Source: an uncultured Planctomycetales bacterium
GTDB taxonomy: Bacteria; Omnitrophota; Gorgyraeia; Gygaellales; Profunditerraquicolaceae
Length of the DNA: 58,446 nucleotides
Assembly: GCA_964487475.1 (NCBI GenBank)
Contig: CAZAPM010000013.1
Span: 1 to 58,446, forward strand
Direction: 5' to 3'
Made by a program: the position numbers and the translations under genes. Under the pieces are notes generated by a model that searched no databases, was not told where the DNA came from, and saw only the letters and a list, made by a program, of their open reading frames with translations. Below are positions 28,237 to 38,823 of the stretch, in pieces (within the stretch, counting starts at the first letter, position 1; each line of letters opens with the position of its first letter).

Positions 28237-30707
28237 CGGCAGAGCACAAGAAGGTCGGCTATAACTGGGAAAGCGTGCACAAGTACATGACCAAGGAGGG
28301 GATCGAACGCTCCTTCAAGGCGATCCGCGAATATATCCTGGCCAAGGACGAGTATACCGCGACCCTGCATGACGATTATACCGCGCTGGCGATCGCCATC
28401 CGTGACCGTCTCATCGAGCGCTGGATCACCACCAAGCAGAGGTATCACCGCGAGAACGTCAAGCGGGTGTATTATCTCTCCATGGAGTTCCTGATAGGCC
28501 GCCTCTTGAGCTCGAACATCCTCAACCTCGGGCTCTGGAACGAGGCCAAGGGCGCGATGGAGTCGCTGGGGTTCGATCTGAACCAGCTCAGGGATTGCGA
28601 GGCGGACGCGGGCCTGGGCAACGGAGGTCTCGGCCGGCTCGCCGCGTGTTTCCTCGATTCCATGGCGACCTTAAGTGTTCCGGCGGTAGGCTACGGCATC
28701 CGCTACGAATACGGGATATTCAACCAGAAGATCATCAACGGCTACCAGGTCGAATATCCCGACGAGTGGCTGAGCAAGGGCAATCCCTGGGAGTTCGCGC
28801 GGCCGGAGTATACGGTCAAGGTGCATTTCTACGGACATACCTATATGTTCCATGACGCCAAGGGCAAGCTGCGGGTCAAGTGGGTGGATACCGAAGACGT
28901 CCTGGCCATGCCGTATGACGTCCCCATCTCCGGATATCATTCCGGCATCGTGAACACCCTGCGCCTCTGGTCGGCGAAGGCGAGCGAGGAGTTTGACCTG
29001 CGCTATTTTAACGACGGCGACTACGAGCGCGCGGTATACAACAAGGTCCTTTCCGAGAACATCTCCAAGGTGCTGTACCCTAACGACAACAACATGCAGG
29101 GCAGGGAACTGCGCCTGAAGCAGGAATATTTCTTCACTGCCGCCTCCGTCTCGGATATCATCCGGCGTTTCAAAATGGAAAACCAGGATTTCACCATTTT
29201 TCCCGACAAGGTGGCCATCCAACTCAACGATACCCATCCGGCGCTGGCCATCGTGGAGCTTATGCGCATCATGATCGACGAGGAGAACATGGAGTGGGAC
29301 ACGGCCTGGGATATCGTCTCCCGCACGTTCGCGTACACCAATCATACCGTCATGCCGGAAGCGCTGGAATCCTGGCGGGTGCCGATGCTGGAATCGCTTC
29401 TGCCCAGGCACATGCAGATCATCTACGAGATCAACCTGCGTTTCCTGCGCGACGTGGCCATCAAGTACCCGGGGGACAACGACCGGCTGCGCCGGATGTC
29501 CATCATCGAGGAAGGGGACCCGAAGCGGGTGCGGATGGCGTTTCTGTGCGTGGCGGCATCGCATTCCGTCAACGGAGTCTCCGCGCTGCACTCCCGTCTC
29601 CTGCAGGCGGAGCTGTTCAGGGATTTCTACGAGGTCTCTCCGGAGAAGTTCAATAACAAGACCAACGGGATCACGCAGCGGCGGTGGCTGCTCAAGTCCA
29701 ACCCCAAGCTCTCGGCGCTCATCACCGGGAGCATCGGTGATTCCTGGGTGACCAATCTGTATGAGCTGGATAAGCTTCTGCCGTTGAAGGATGACCCCGC
29801 GTTCCTGCAGAAGTGGCAGGAGGTAAAAAGCGGCAATAAGGTGTACCTGGCGGATTATATCTACCGCACCTACGGGGTCAAGGTCAATCCGGATTCCATC
29901 TTCGACGTGCAGGTCAAGCGGATCCACGAATACAAACGCCAGCTTCTCTTCGGGCTCTACATCATCTCCCAGTACCTGCTCATCAAGAACAACCCTTCGG
30001 CGCCGTTCGTGCCGCGGACCTTCATCATGGCGGGCAAGGCCGCTCCGGGCTACCAGACGGCGAAGCTGATCATCAAGTTCATCAATTCGATCGGCGAGGT
30101 GATCAATAACGACCGGGTGGTGGGGGAGAAGCTTAAAGTGGTGTTCCTGGAGAATTACCGCGTGTCCCTGGCGGAGAAGATCTTCCCCGCGGCCGACCTT
30201 TCCGAGCAGATCTCCACCGCCGGTACCGAGGCGTCGGGAACGGGGTGCATGAAGTTCATGATCAACGGCGCGCTGACCATCGGCACCTGGGACGGTGCGA
30301 ACATCGAGATGGCGGAGTGCGCCGGCAAGGACAATATGTTCCTTTTCGGGATGCAGGTCGAGGAGATCCAGAGACTGCAGCGCGAGGGATACCGCCCGGC
30401 GGATTTCGTGCAGCGCAGTCCCGTGCTGCAGGAGGTGTTTTCCCTGGTCCAGAGCAACTTTTTCTCACCCGTGGAGTATGACCTCTTCAAGCCGCTGGTC
30501 GACTCCCTTCTTTCCTTCGATCAGTACTTCCTTTGCGCGGATTTCGAAAGCTATTTCGCCACCCAGGAGAAGGTCTCGGAACTCTATCAGCAGCGGGCGG
30601 AATGGTCGAAAAGATCCCTCATCAACGTGGCCAAGTCGGGGAAATTCTCCAGCGACCGCACGATCAGGGAATACGCGAAAGAGATCTGGGGCATACCGGT
30701 CAAATAA
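28233..30707 (+). CDS. glgP: glycogen/alpha-glucan phosphorylase
   Basis: GLGNGGLGRLAACF, QLNDTHP, KRIHEYKRQ, EASGTGCMK. Confidence 0.97.
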   Translation: MTAEHKKVGYNWESVHKYMTKEGIERSFKAIREYILAKDEYTATLHDDYTALAIAIRDRLIERWITTKQRYHRENVKRVYYLSMEFLIGRLLSSNILNLGLWNEAKGAMESLGFDLNQLRDCEADAGLGNGGLGRLAACFLDSMATLSVPAVGYGIRYEYGIFNQKIINGYQVEYPDEWLSKGNPWEFARPEYTVKVHFYGHTYMFHDAKGKLRVKWVDTEDVLAMPYDVPISGYHSGIVNTLRLWSAKASEEFDLRYFNDGDYERAVYNKVLSENISKVLYPNDNNMQGRELRLKQEYFFTAASVSDIIRRFKMENQDFTIFPDKVAIQLNDTHPALAIVELMRIMIDEENMEWDTAWDIVSRTFAYTNHTVMPEALESWRVPMLESLLPRHMQIIYEINLRFLRDVAIKYPGDNDRLRRMSIIEEGDPKRVRMAFLCVAASHSVNGVSALHSRLLQAELFRDFYEVSPEKFNNKTNGITQRRWLLKSNPKLSALITGSIGDSWVTNLYELDKLLPLKDDPAFLQKWQEVKSGNKVYLADYIYRTYGVKVNPDSIFDVQVKRIHEYKRQLLFGLYIISQYLLIKNNPSAPFVPRTFIMAGKAAPGYQTAKLIIKFINSIGEVINNDRVVGEKLKVVFLENYRVSLAEKIFPAADLSEQISTAGTEASGTGCMKFMINGALTIGTWDGANIEMAECAGKDNMFLFGMQVEEIQRLQREGYRPADFVQRSPVLQEVFSLVQSNFFSPVEYDLFKPLVDSLLSFDQYFLCADFESYFATQEKVSELYQQRAEWSKRSLINVAKSGKFSSDRTIREYAKEIWGIPVK

Positions 30708-30709
30708 CA

Positions 30710-31870
30710 GTGCGCAATAAAATCCTCCTTATCGCCGCGATCCTGGTGGTTGCGGCCGCGTTAGTTTTTGCGGCGGTGCCTTTCTTCGTCCGCCGCGCGG
30801 CGGTCAAGTCGCTCTCGGGGATCTTTCCCGGAAGCACTGTTTCCGTCGGGCGGGGAGTGTGGGTTGCCGGCGGGCTGGCGCTGGAGGATGTCAAGATCGA
30901 GCGCGCGCCGTTGTATCGCCTGCAGGCCGGGCGGATCGCGGTGAGTGTTGCGCCCGGGTCTCTGATGCGCGGGATGCTTGACCGGTGCGTGGTGGAGCGG
31001 GCGGATATTTCGCTGACCATCCCCCGTACCCTGATCGCCAGGGTCGCCGCGTTAGTGTCTTTGCCGGCGGGTAAGTCGGCGCAGGCGCCTTTGCTTCGGG
31101 AGTTGTCGGTCTCTTCGCTGCGCGCGGATGTCCGGGCTAAAGATATGCGGTTACAGGCGGAGGTATCCTGCGCCGTCGACCTGCCCGCTGCCAGGCTGGA
31201 GCGTCTCGATGCGGCGATCGGGAATTTCGAAGGGTGGAACGTCTTCCTGCAGGATGCGCGTATCGCCGTCGGACAGGGCGCGGACGGCTCCTGTTCGGTT
31301 GCCCGCGGTCGGGTGATGAAGCTCCGTTTTTCCGATCTGCAGGCTGCGGCTTCCCTTAAGGATGATACGCTGGTCTTCTCCGGGATGTTGCTGCGTTTGC
31401 TGCAGGGAGAGATGCGGGGGGAGGTGCGGGTAGCGTTGAGGCCTCCCTTTGCGTATGAGGCGGCGCTTGAGGCACAGGCGCTTTCCTTGGCCGAGTTCGT
31501 CAAGGATTTCGAGCTGGAAAAGAGCATGTCCATGGAAGGGGTCCTGTCCGGACCGCTGGGGATCAAGGGGGATGTTTCCGGTCTCCCGGTGTTTTCCGGC
31601 GGATTGACCGCGCAGGCTCCGGGAGGCAGGGTGCGGGTGATGGACGAGGCTACGCTGGAAGCAGTGGAGAGGTCTTCCGACAGCAGGAGCGGTGTTGCGC
31701 AGGCGGTAGGATCGTTCAAGGATTTCCCTTTTGATCTCGGGACCCTGACCGCCCTTGCGCAGGAGGGGGACCTCACGCTGCAGTTCACTTTTAAAGGGCC
31801 GCAGGGAAGGATCGATTTTCCCATTGTGTACCATGTAGTCACTCAGTCAGAAGGAGGAGAGGGGAAATGA
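30710..31870 (+). CDS. YdbH-domain / AsmA-like intermembrane lipid transport protein
   Basis: N-terminal TM, beta-rich body, C-terminal GVLSGPLGI..PGGRV..FKDFPFD motif. Sits upstream of ynbE-ydbL. Confidence 0.7.
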   Translation: MRNKILLIAAILVVAAALVFAAVPFFVRRAAVKSLSGIFPGSTVSVGRGVWVAGGLALEDVKIERAPLYRLQAGRIAVSVAPGSLMRGMLDRCVVERADISLTIPRTLIARVAALVSLPAGKSAQAPLLRELSVSSLRADVRAKDMRLQAEVSCAVDLPAARLERLDAAIGNFEGWNVFLQDARIAVGQGADGSCSVARGRVMKLRFSDLQAAASLKDDTLVFSGMLLRLLQGEMRGEVRVALRPPFAYEAALEAQALSLAEFVKDFELEKSMSMEGVLSGPLGIKGDVSGLPVFSGGLTAQAPGGRVRVMDEATLEAVERSSDSRSGVAQAVGSFKDFPFDLGTLTALAQEGDLTLQFTFKGPQGRIDFPIVYHVVTQSEGGEGK

Positions 31871-32454
31871 AAAGGATACTGATAGGGTTGTGCGCAGGTT
31901 CGGTCAGCGTGGTGGTATTGGCAGGTGTGGGATGCGCCCGGGTGCGGGTGGAAGCGCCTAAGGATCCGATCAAGGTGGACGTGACCATGCGTCTGGATAT
32001 CTATCAGCACATCGAGAAGGATATCGACGATATCGAGAGCCTGGTGAACGATCAGGCCCAGAAACAGAAAGCGGGGGTTGCCGGTCCGCAGAGCCTGTTG
32101 CAGATGATCCTGCCTGAGGCGTACGCGCAGGAGGGCCTGGGCTCCGAGGTCGAGGAGGCGGCACGCCGGCGGGGCAGCCGCAAGGGGATGGTGGAAGCGC
32201 TGCTTTCGCAGGGAGTGTTGGGAGAGAACGCTTCGGGGCTGCTGGATATCCGGGCCACGGAGCGCGCCGATGCGGTCGCCCAGGAGATGGTGACGGCGGA
32301 GAATGCCGACCGCGTGATCATCTATAAGGCTATCGCTAAAAAGAACGGGAGCACCTTGGCGGAAGTGGAGAAGCTTTACGCGCAGAAATTGCAGGCGTTA
32401 GCCCCTGCGGGATCGCCGGTAGAGACCGGGAAGGGCTGGGAGATCAAGAAATAA
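31867..32454 (+). CDS. YnbE-like lipoprotein fused to YdbL (DUF1318)
   Basis: GVG-C lipobox-like site, APKDPIKVDVTMRLDI (YnbE-like), then GVLGENASG, ENADR..IY..IA.KNG (YdbL). Confidence 0.8.
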   Translation: MKRILIGLCAGSVSVVVLAGVGCARVRVEAPKDPIKVDVTMRLDIYQHIEKDIDDIESLVNDQAQKQKAGVAGPQSLLQMILPEAYAQEGLGSEVEEAARRRGSRKGMVEALLSQGVLGENASGLLDIRATERADAVAQEMVTAENADRVIIYKAIAKKNGSTLAEVEKLYAQKLQALAPAGSPVETGKGWEIKK

Positions 32455-32460
32455 CCGCCT

Positions 32461-33360
32461 ATGGAGATTTCTCCTTTTCCCGCCTGGAGCCCGCTGCACC
32501 TTTCTCACCAGGGGGTTTTCGATGCCGCGTTTTCACGGGTGCCTCCCGAGATCTCGGAGTACACCTTTACCAACCTCTATGCCTGGCGGCAGTCGTACGG
32601 GTTTGAGGTCTCCCGGATGGGGGAGGCGCTTTTGGTGTGCGCCCGGCGCAAAGCCGGAGGAAGGCTTTTCCCACCCGCGGGCACGCCGGATGAGGCGGGG
32701 GTGATCAAAGCGGTGATGGCGGAGATGCCGCTGGCCTGGGAGCGGATGCCGGAGCGCTTCGTTTCCGCATTGCGGGATATCCCGGGGTGGGAGGTGGTCC
32801 GCGACGAGGCGAATTTCGATTACGTCTACCGGGTGCGGGACCTGGCGGAGCTTCCGGGCAGGAAGTACGACGGGAAGCGCAACCATATAAAGAAATTCCG
32901 CGAGCAGTATGCGTTCGAGTATCTCGTGCTCGATGAGTCTCACGCGGCGCAGTGCCTGGCGTTCCAGGATGACTGGTGCGCGATCAAGGATTGCGACAAT
33001 GACCTGGGCTTGAGCAGCGAGAGGGACGCGGTCAGGGAGATGCTGGCGCATTGTCACCTCTGGCATCTGATCGCCGGAGCGATCACTCTCCAGGGGCGTA
33101 TCTGCGCCCTGGCGATCGGAGAGAAGCTCAACCTTTCGACCATGGTGATGCATGTGCTTAAGGCTGATCCGCGCATCCCCGGATTGTATCAGGCCATGCT
33201 CAACGAGTTCCTCTCCCGTTCCGCCGGAAGTTTCGAGTTCGTGAACTTGGAGCAGGACCTCGGCCTGGAGGGACTGCGCCGGGCGAAACAGTCGTACCAT
33301 CCCGCGTTCCAGGTGGAAAAGTTCATCCTGCGTCCTCTCGGTACGGATGCGGCGCCATGA
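32461..33360 (+). CDS. DUF2156 (aminoacyl-PG synthase C-terminal domain-like) protein
   Basis: SEYTFTNLYAW, DYVY, GRKYDGKRNHI, HVLKA, NLEQDLGLEGLRRAKQSYHP. Confidence 0.88.
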   Translation: MEISPFPAWSPLHLSHQGVFDAAFSRVPPEISEYTFTNLYAWRQSYGFEVSRMGEALLVCARRKAGGRLFPPAGTPDEAGVIKAVMAEMPLAWERMPERFVSALRDIPGWEVVRDEANFDYVYRVRDLAELPGRKYDGKRNHIKKFREQYAFEYLVLDESHAAQCLAFQDDWCAIKDCDNDLGLSSERDAVREMLAHCHLWHLIAGAITLQGRICALAIGEKLNLSTMVMHVLKADPRIPGLYQAMLNEFLSRSAGSFEFVNLEQDLGLEGLRRAKQSYHPAFQVEKFILRPLGTDAAP

Positions 33361-34706
33361 TGCGCGCATTGCGTAATCCCCAGATCCGTGCGCTGGTGAA
33401 GGAAAGCTGGGCCGTAAGCTGGCCGATGGCCCTGATCATGCTGTTCTTTTTCTTTATCGGCCTTACGGACGTCTACATCGCCGGATATTTCGGCAAGGAA
33501 GTGCAGGCGGGATACGGCGCGGTGTTCCAGGTGTACTTTATCTTAAGCATCATCGCGACCGCGCTTTCCGTCGGTACCGTCTCGGTGGTCTCGAAGCTTT
33601 CCACGGCCGGGGATCCCGGGCGCCTGGCGGAGGCCGTCGATACTTCGATGCTGATCACGATCCTCTTGGGCGCGGTCACTACCCTTCTGGGTTTTGCCGG
33701 CGCGGAGTGGATCGTACGGGCGCTGGCGCTGCCGCATTCCATCAGGGAGATCTCCGTGTCCCTGATGCGCTGGTACAGCCTGGGGCTCCTGGCAAATTAC
33801 CTGATCATCACCACGAACGGTATCCTGCGCGCGGCGGGGATGATCCGGGCTTCGTTGGCCACCATGGGGCTGGTGACGGTGATCAACGTCGCGCTGGCGC
33901 TGGGTTTAAGTTTTAAGACCGGGCTGGGATACCGGGGGATCGCGGTCGCCACCATCGTCAGCCACGCCGTGGGAAGTCTGGTCAATCTGGGGCTGCTTAA
34001 ACGCCTTTCCGGAGGGCGGCCCCGCTTTTCCGGGAAGATGTTCGCGCATATCGTTTCCATCAGCTGGCCTGCCGGGATGCTGCAGATACTGTGGCAGTTT
34101 TCCACGACTACGCTGTTCGCTATCATCGCCTCCTTGCCGGTGCATGCGGTGGAGACCATGGCGGCGTTCACCAACGGGCTGCGCATCGAGTCGGCGATCT
34201 TCCTGCCGGCGTTCGCCTTCAATCTTTCCAATGCCGTGGTGGTGGGTAATCTTTTCGGCAAGGGCGCGCAGGAGGATGCGTATCGCGCCGGCCGGGTGAC
34301 CGCGATGATGGGGGTAGTGGTGGTGGCGTTGCTTACCGTCGGTGTGCTGGCGAACGCGCATATGATCGTCTCGGCGCTTTCCCGCAACTCCGTGGTGGTG
34401 GCGGAGTGCCTGCAGTATATCTATATCAGCCTGCTTTTTGAACCGATCATGGCCTGGGGCGTTATTCTGGGAGGGGCGATGAACGGCGCAGGGGATACCC
34501 GGGCAGTGATGCTGGTGGTGGTCTTAAGCGTGTGGGTGGTGCGCATTCCTTTGAGCTATTTTCTGGGAGTGGTGCTGGGGTGGGGGCCGTCGGGGATATG
34601 GTGGGCGATGAACGCTTCGATCATCTGCCAGACGTTCTTCATGATCTGGCATTACCGTTCCCGGAAATGGATCAGGGTCTCGGCAAAGAGGGCGGCATAT
34701 GGATAA
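33357..34706 (+). CDS. MATE family transporter
   Basis: About 12 TM, 449 aa, GAMNGAGDT and RIPL motifs. Confidence 0.9.
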   Translation: MMRALRNPQIRALVKESWAVSWPMALIMLFFFFIGLTDVYIAGYFGKEVQAGYGAVFQVYFILSIIATALSVGTVSVVSKLSTAGDPGRLAEAVDTSMLITILLGAVTTLLGFAGAEWIVRALALPHSIREISVSLMRWYSLGLLANYLIITTNGILRAAGMIRASLATMGLVTVINVALALGLSFKTGLGYRGIAVATIVSHAVGSLVNLGLLKRLSGGRPRFSGKMFAHIVSISWPAGMLQILWQFSTTTLFAIIASLPVHAVETMAAFTNGLRIESAIFLPAFAFNLSNAVVVGNLFGKGAQEDAYRAGRVTAMMGVVVVALLTVGVLANAHMIVSALSRNSVVVAECLQYIYISLLFEPIMAWGVILGGAMNGAGDTRAVMLVVVLSVWVVRIPLSYFLGVVLGWGPSGIWWAMNASIICQTFFMIWHYRSRKWIRVSAKRAAYG

Positions 34707-34973
34707 ACAGCTCCCCGAATATGAGGCGATGCTTAAGGAGGCGCAGGAGCGGGAGGAGAGCCGTTGTCTGCGCTGCGGGGTCTGCTGCGGGTCGCGTGAC
34801 GGCGATCCCTGCGTTAATTTAAGCCGGGATGAGACGGGGAAGTACTTCTGCCTTGATTACGAGCACCGTTTTGCGCTGCAGAAAACGGTCTCGGGGGTGG
34901 TGTTCTCCTGCGTGCCCATGCGCATGGTGATCGCGCACAGCAATCCTCCGCATCCCGGATGCGGCTACGCTCC
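34699..34973 (+). CDS. YkgJ/YcgN-like cysteine-cluster protein (end in gap)
   Basis: CLRCGVCC...PC...C.DYEHR...C...CGY. Confidence 0.7.
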
Positions 34974-35073
34974 NNNNNNNNNNNNNNNNNNNNNNNNNNN
35001 NNNNNNNNNNNNNNNNNNNNNNNNNNNNNNNNNNNNNNNNNNNNNNNNNNNNNNNNNNNNNNNNNNNNNNNNN
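34974..35073. other. assembly gap (100 N)
   Basis: Run of N. Confidence 1.
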
Positions 35074-35086
35074 TAAGGAGAGAGAA

Positions 35087-36559
35087 ATGGAGCGTATCAG
35101 ATTTGATTTCAATAATTTATTCGCACATAATATAGGTAAAGTGCACGGCGTGACGGATGCCGACCTTAAGAAGCTGGCACCGGCTGCGCAAAAAGCCTGG
35201 AGCCATCTGGAGCAGGTGCTCAATGACGATGCCTCCCGGATCAACCTTTCCCTGGAGTGGGCGGCGCTGCCTTTTCAGAGCGAAGCGCATATCTCGGCGG
35301 TCCAAAAGCTGGGCAACGAGATCGCCGCCGGATTTGATAACGTGATGTTCCTGGGGATCGGAGGCTCCTATCTCGGACTGAAAGCGGCGCAGGATGCGCT
35401 GCTTCCGGCGTATTATAACGAGTTTTCTCAGGTGCGCCGGGGCAGGCCGCGGGTGTATTTCGAGGGCAACAATCTTGACCCGGATACGCTTTCCGTGCTG
35501 CTCAAAGGCCTGGATCCGAAAAAGACCTTCGTGGTGGTCATCTCCAAGTCCGGAGAGACCACGGAAACAAAAGCGGCGTTCGCCCTGGTAGAGGTTTGGC
35601 TGCAGCAGGCAGTGGGAGATACGTACGGCCGTCAGATCATCGCGATCACGGATCCTTCTTCCGGCACCCTGCGCAAGAAAGTGCAGGCGGCACAGGCGAA
35701 GGATCCGGGGAGTTTCCGCGACCTGCCGTTGCTTAAGGGCGTGGGAGGAAGGTTCTCCGAGTTCAATATGGGGCTGCTGCACCTGGCGGTATGCGGTATC
35801 GATATCCGGGAGGTGTTATCCGGAGCCGCCCAGATGGCCGGACCCTGCCGCGCAAAAAAGCTCTCCGAGAACCCGGCGCTGATGTACGCGCTCTTGCATA
35901 CGTTCCTCTACCGCAGGAAGCAAAAGCCGATCGCGGTGATGATGCCCTTTTCCGAGACACTGGCCTCGACCGGAGGCTGGTACTCCCAGCTCTTGGCGGA
36001 AAGCATCGGCAAGAAGTACGCCCGTAAGATCGTGAAACAGAAGGAGGGCCCCGAGCGTTGGGAGCAGGACCTTTCCCGGATCGTCAACGTCGGCCGTACT
36101 CCCGTGGTTTCCCGGGGCACCAATGACCTGCACTCTATCCAGCAGAACAATATCGAGGGCGAGAACGATAAGGTGGTGACCTTCATCAAGGTGGAGAAGT
36201 TCCGCGAGGACCTTTCCGTGGTGGGGACCGGGGATTTCCTGGAAGGCCGCACGTTCTCTTCGCTGATCAACCTGGCGCAGGAGGCTACGGAGTGGGCCCT
36301 GGTCAAGGAATCCCGGCCTAACTGCACGATCATCCTTCCGGAAGTGACCCCGCGCCATTGGGGCGGGCTCCTGTTCTTCTTCGAGATGGCGACCGCCTAT
36401 GAAGGGGAGCTTCTTTCCATCAACGCCTTCGATCAGCCGGGCGTGGAAGGATATAAGAATTACATGTACGTCAAGCTGGAGAAACCCGGCTTGGACAAAG
36501 GGATCGTGGCCGCGATAAAGAAAAAGCCCCTGGTGAAGAAGCCAAAATACGTGGTATGA
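35087..36559 (+). CDS. pgi: glucose-6-phosphate isomerase
   Basis: GIGGSYLG, ISKSGETTET, VGGRFS, QLLAESIGK, DLHS, AFDQPGVEGYK. Confidence 0.95.
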   Translation: MERIRFDFNNLFAHNIGKVHGVTDADLKKLAPAAQKAWSHLEQVLNDDASRINLSLEWAALPFQSEAHISAVQKLGNEIAAGFDNVMFLGIGGSYLGLKAAQDALLPAYYNEFSQVRRGRPRVYFEGNNLDPDTLSVLLKGLDPKKTFVVVISKSGETTETKAAFALVEVWLQQAVGDTYGRQIIAITDPSSGTLRKKVQAAQAKDPGSFRDLPLLKGVGGRFSEFNMGLLHLAVCGIDIREVLSGAAQMAGPCRAKKLSENPALMYALLHTFLYRRKQKPIAVMMPFSETLASTGGWYSQLLAESIGKKYARKIVKQKEGPERWEQDLSRIVNVGRTPVVSRGTNDLHSIQQNNIEGENDKVVTFIKVEKFREDLSVVGTGDFLEGRTFSSLINLAQEATEWALVKESRPNCTIILPEVTPRHWGGLLFFFEMATAYEGELLSINAFDQPGVEGYKNYMYVKLEKPGLDKGIVAAIKKKPLVKKPKYVV

Positions 36560-38823
36560 AAAGAAAGGCCCTGGTTGCGCTCACCCTATTCGCAATCGCG
36601 GCACTCCTTCTCGGCGCAGGGATCTGGTATGCGGCTGGGGTGATGCTGCCCGTCAAACTGCGCGCGTTCCTTATCGACCGGCTCAGGGCCTCTACCGGCA
36701 GGGAGGTGACCCTGGATTCGGTCTCTTTCAATCCCTTCAAAGGCTTGGTCGTGCGCGGGCTTTCCGTGCACGACCGGCAGGGCCGGACGCTCTTCTCCGT
36801 CGAGGAGGCGCGCGCGGTCGTCCTGATCCAGCCGTTCTTCCGCAAACAAGTGATCGTTCCGTCGGTGACCTGCCGTAATGCGTTCATTTCGATCCACCGC
36901 CGCCAGGATGGGACGTGGAATGTGAGCGATCTGTTGCAGAGGACCTCGGGCGTATCGTCGTTCCCGTATCAGGTGGTGGTGCGCCGCGTCGTCTGCACCG
37001 CGTCTTCCCTGGAATTCATCGATGATTCGACGGCCGTCCCGTTGCGGGCGCGCGTCTCCGGGATCAGCGCGGCGGCTTCCGGGGCGCTCACCGGGATAGG
37101 CAGCGTGACCTTTCAGGGGATGGTCTCGGAGCCTTTTGCGAGCAAGTGCATGGGCAAAGGCCAGTTCGATCTCAAAGCCGGGCAATACGCGCTGGACGTG
37201 TCTTTGGAGCGTGTCGATCTTGCCGCCTGCGCGGGATATTTCCTTCCCCTGAGGGTTAAGTCTTTGGGCGGCAGTGTTTCGGTCAAGGGGAAAGGGGTCT
37301 TCAGCGCCGGGGAGTGGTTCCTGGAAGGGGAGGCGCAAGGAAAAGGTTTGTCGTGCGCCGGCGCATCCTGGGAAGCGGAAGGCGCGGCTGGGGTGAAGGT
37401 GCAGGCGGTGCAGGGGAAAGAGAGCTGGAAATTCTCGGGATCCGCGTCGGTGCAGGAGGCGTACGTGCGCGGGATCCCGGGTATCGGTCAGGTGGCAAAG
37501 GCGGACGCCCAGTTCCTTTTCGACCGTGCGGGCGTGCGCAGTACTTCATTGCAGGCGCAGGTGTGGGGCCTTCCCGCGCAGGGATCCCTCATCTGGACAC
37601 CCGGCGCAGAACGCGTCCTGCAGATACAGGCTTCCTCCAAGGTGCCGTTCGCGCTTCTTGAGGCATCCGCACAGAAGTATTTTGATTACCGCGTCCCCTC
37701 CCGGCTTAAGGACGACGGGACCGTTGAGACGGCCTTCTCGTTCGCGGACGGCGATATGCGTTTGACGGTCGCTTCGAAGTCGTTGCGTGCCGCGGCGGCG
37801 TTGCGCGTGCAGGACAGCGAGGTTCTGATCGGGCAATGTGCGGGCAATTGGTACCGCAGCAAGTTCGACCTTTCCGGAAAAGTGATCCCCTCCCGTCCGG
37901 AGGAGCCGTCCCGGGGTGCGCGTTGTCAATTGCGGGGCACGGTCACCCTTGATTTGGAGGATGCCGTGAAATGGTTCCCGGCGCAGTCGCAGGCAATCAC
38001 CCGCGCCGCTCCGTCGGGAAAGGTCGAGGCGACCGTTGCGGTCAGCGGGCCGTTGAGCGTGCCTGCGTCCTGGACGGTGGTCGCGGATACCGTGAGCCCG
38101 GAAGTGTCGCTGTACGGATTGAAACTCTCCCAGATCTCTGCCCGGTATGCGCAGGACAAAGGGATCGGAGGAGTGAATAACTTCTCCGCCGTGCTGTACG
38201 AGGGCGCGGTGCGTGTGAGTGCCCGAATGAACCTGGGCTCCGGCCGGATGCCTTACTGGGCCACGGTGGATGTCTCCGGTGTCAAGCTGGAGAAGCTGAA
38301 GTTGGATACCGCAGCCAGGGATAAGGATATTGCGGGTTCGGTCAGGATGCAGGCGAAGTTGACCGGTTTCATCAGCGATGCGGACTCTGTGTCGGGATCG
38401 GGAAAGCTCGCGATCGAGAAAGGGAAGCTCTGGGAGTTGGACCTTTTTAAGGGGATGGGAAAGCTCATCTTCAGCCGGGATTTCGCGCACATCGTGTTCA
38501 AGGAAGGGCACTGTAATTTCACGCTGCGTGACCAGAGTATTTCCACGCACCAGTGTTTCCTGCAAAGCGATATCGCCCGCTTAAGCGGGCCGGTGCGGAT
38601 CGGTTTTGACGGATCCCTTTACGCCAGGTTGGGGGTCTCGGTGCTCGACGAAATGGTGCCTTTGACGAACACCTTCAAGGATATCACCACCAGCATCGCC
38701 GGCCAGGCCACCAAGGTCGGGGTGATCCGGCTGGGAGGGACCCTGGCGAAGCCGTCGCACACCTTTGAACTTGCGGGGGTGGATATGCTTAAGGGTATCA
38801 AAGATTTCATATTCAGCAAATGA
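36556..38823 (+). CDS. AsmA family / DUF748 protein
   Basis: N-terminal TM, TGREVTL, RRQDGTWNVSDL, C-terminal GGTLAKP. Confidence 0.8.
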   Translation: MKRKALVALTLFAIAALLLGAGIWYAAGVMLPVKLRAFLIDRLRASTGREVTLDSVSFNPFKGLVVRGLSVHDRQGRTLFSVEEARAVVLIQPFFRKQVIVPSVTCRNAFISIHRRQDGTWNVSDLLQRTSGVSSFPYQVVVRRVVCTASSLEFIDDSTAVPLRARVSGISAAASGALTGIGSVTFQGMVSEPFASKCMGKGQFDLKAGQYALDVSLERVDLAACAGYFLPLRVKSLGGSVSVKGKGVFSAGEWFLEGEAQGKGLSCAGASWEAEGAAGVKVQAVQGKESWKFSGSASVQEAYVRGIPGIGQVAKADAQFLFDRAGVRSTSLQAQVWGLPAQGSLIWTPGAERVLQIQASSKVPFALLEASAQKYFDYRVPSRLKDDGTVETAFSFADGDMRLTVASKSLRAAAALRVQDSEVLIGQCAGNWYRSKFDLSGKVIPSRPEEPSRGARCQLRGTVTLDLEDAVKWFPAQSQAITRAAPSGKVEATVAVSGPLSVPASWTVVADTVSPEVSLYGLKLSQISARYAQDKGIGGVNNFSAVLYEGAVRVSARMNLGSGRMPYWATVDVSGVKLEKLKLDTAARDKDIAGSVRMQAKLTGFISDADSVSGSGKLAIEKGKLWELDLFKGMGKLIFSRDFAHIVFKEGHCNFTLRDQSISTHQCFLQSDIARLSGPVRIGFDGSLYARLGVSVLDEMVPLTNTFKDITTSIAGQATKVGVIRLGGTLAKPSHTFELAGVDMLKGIKDFIFSK

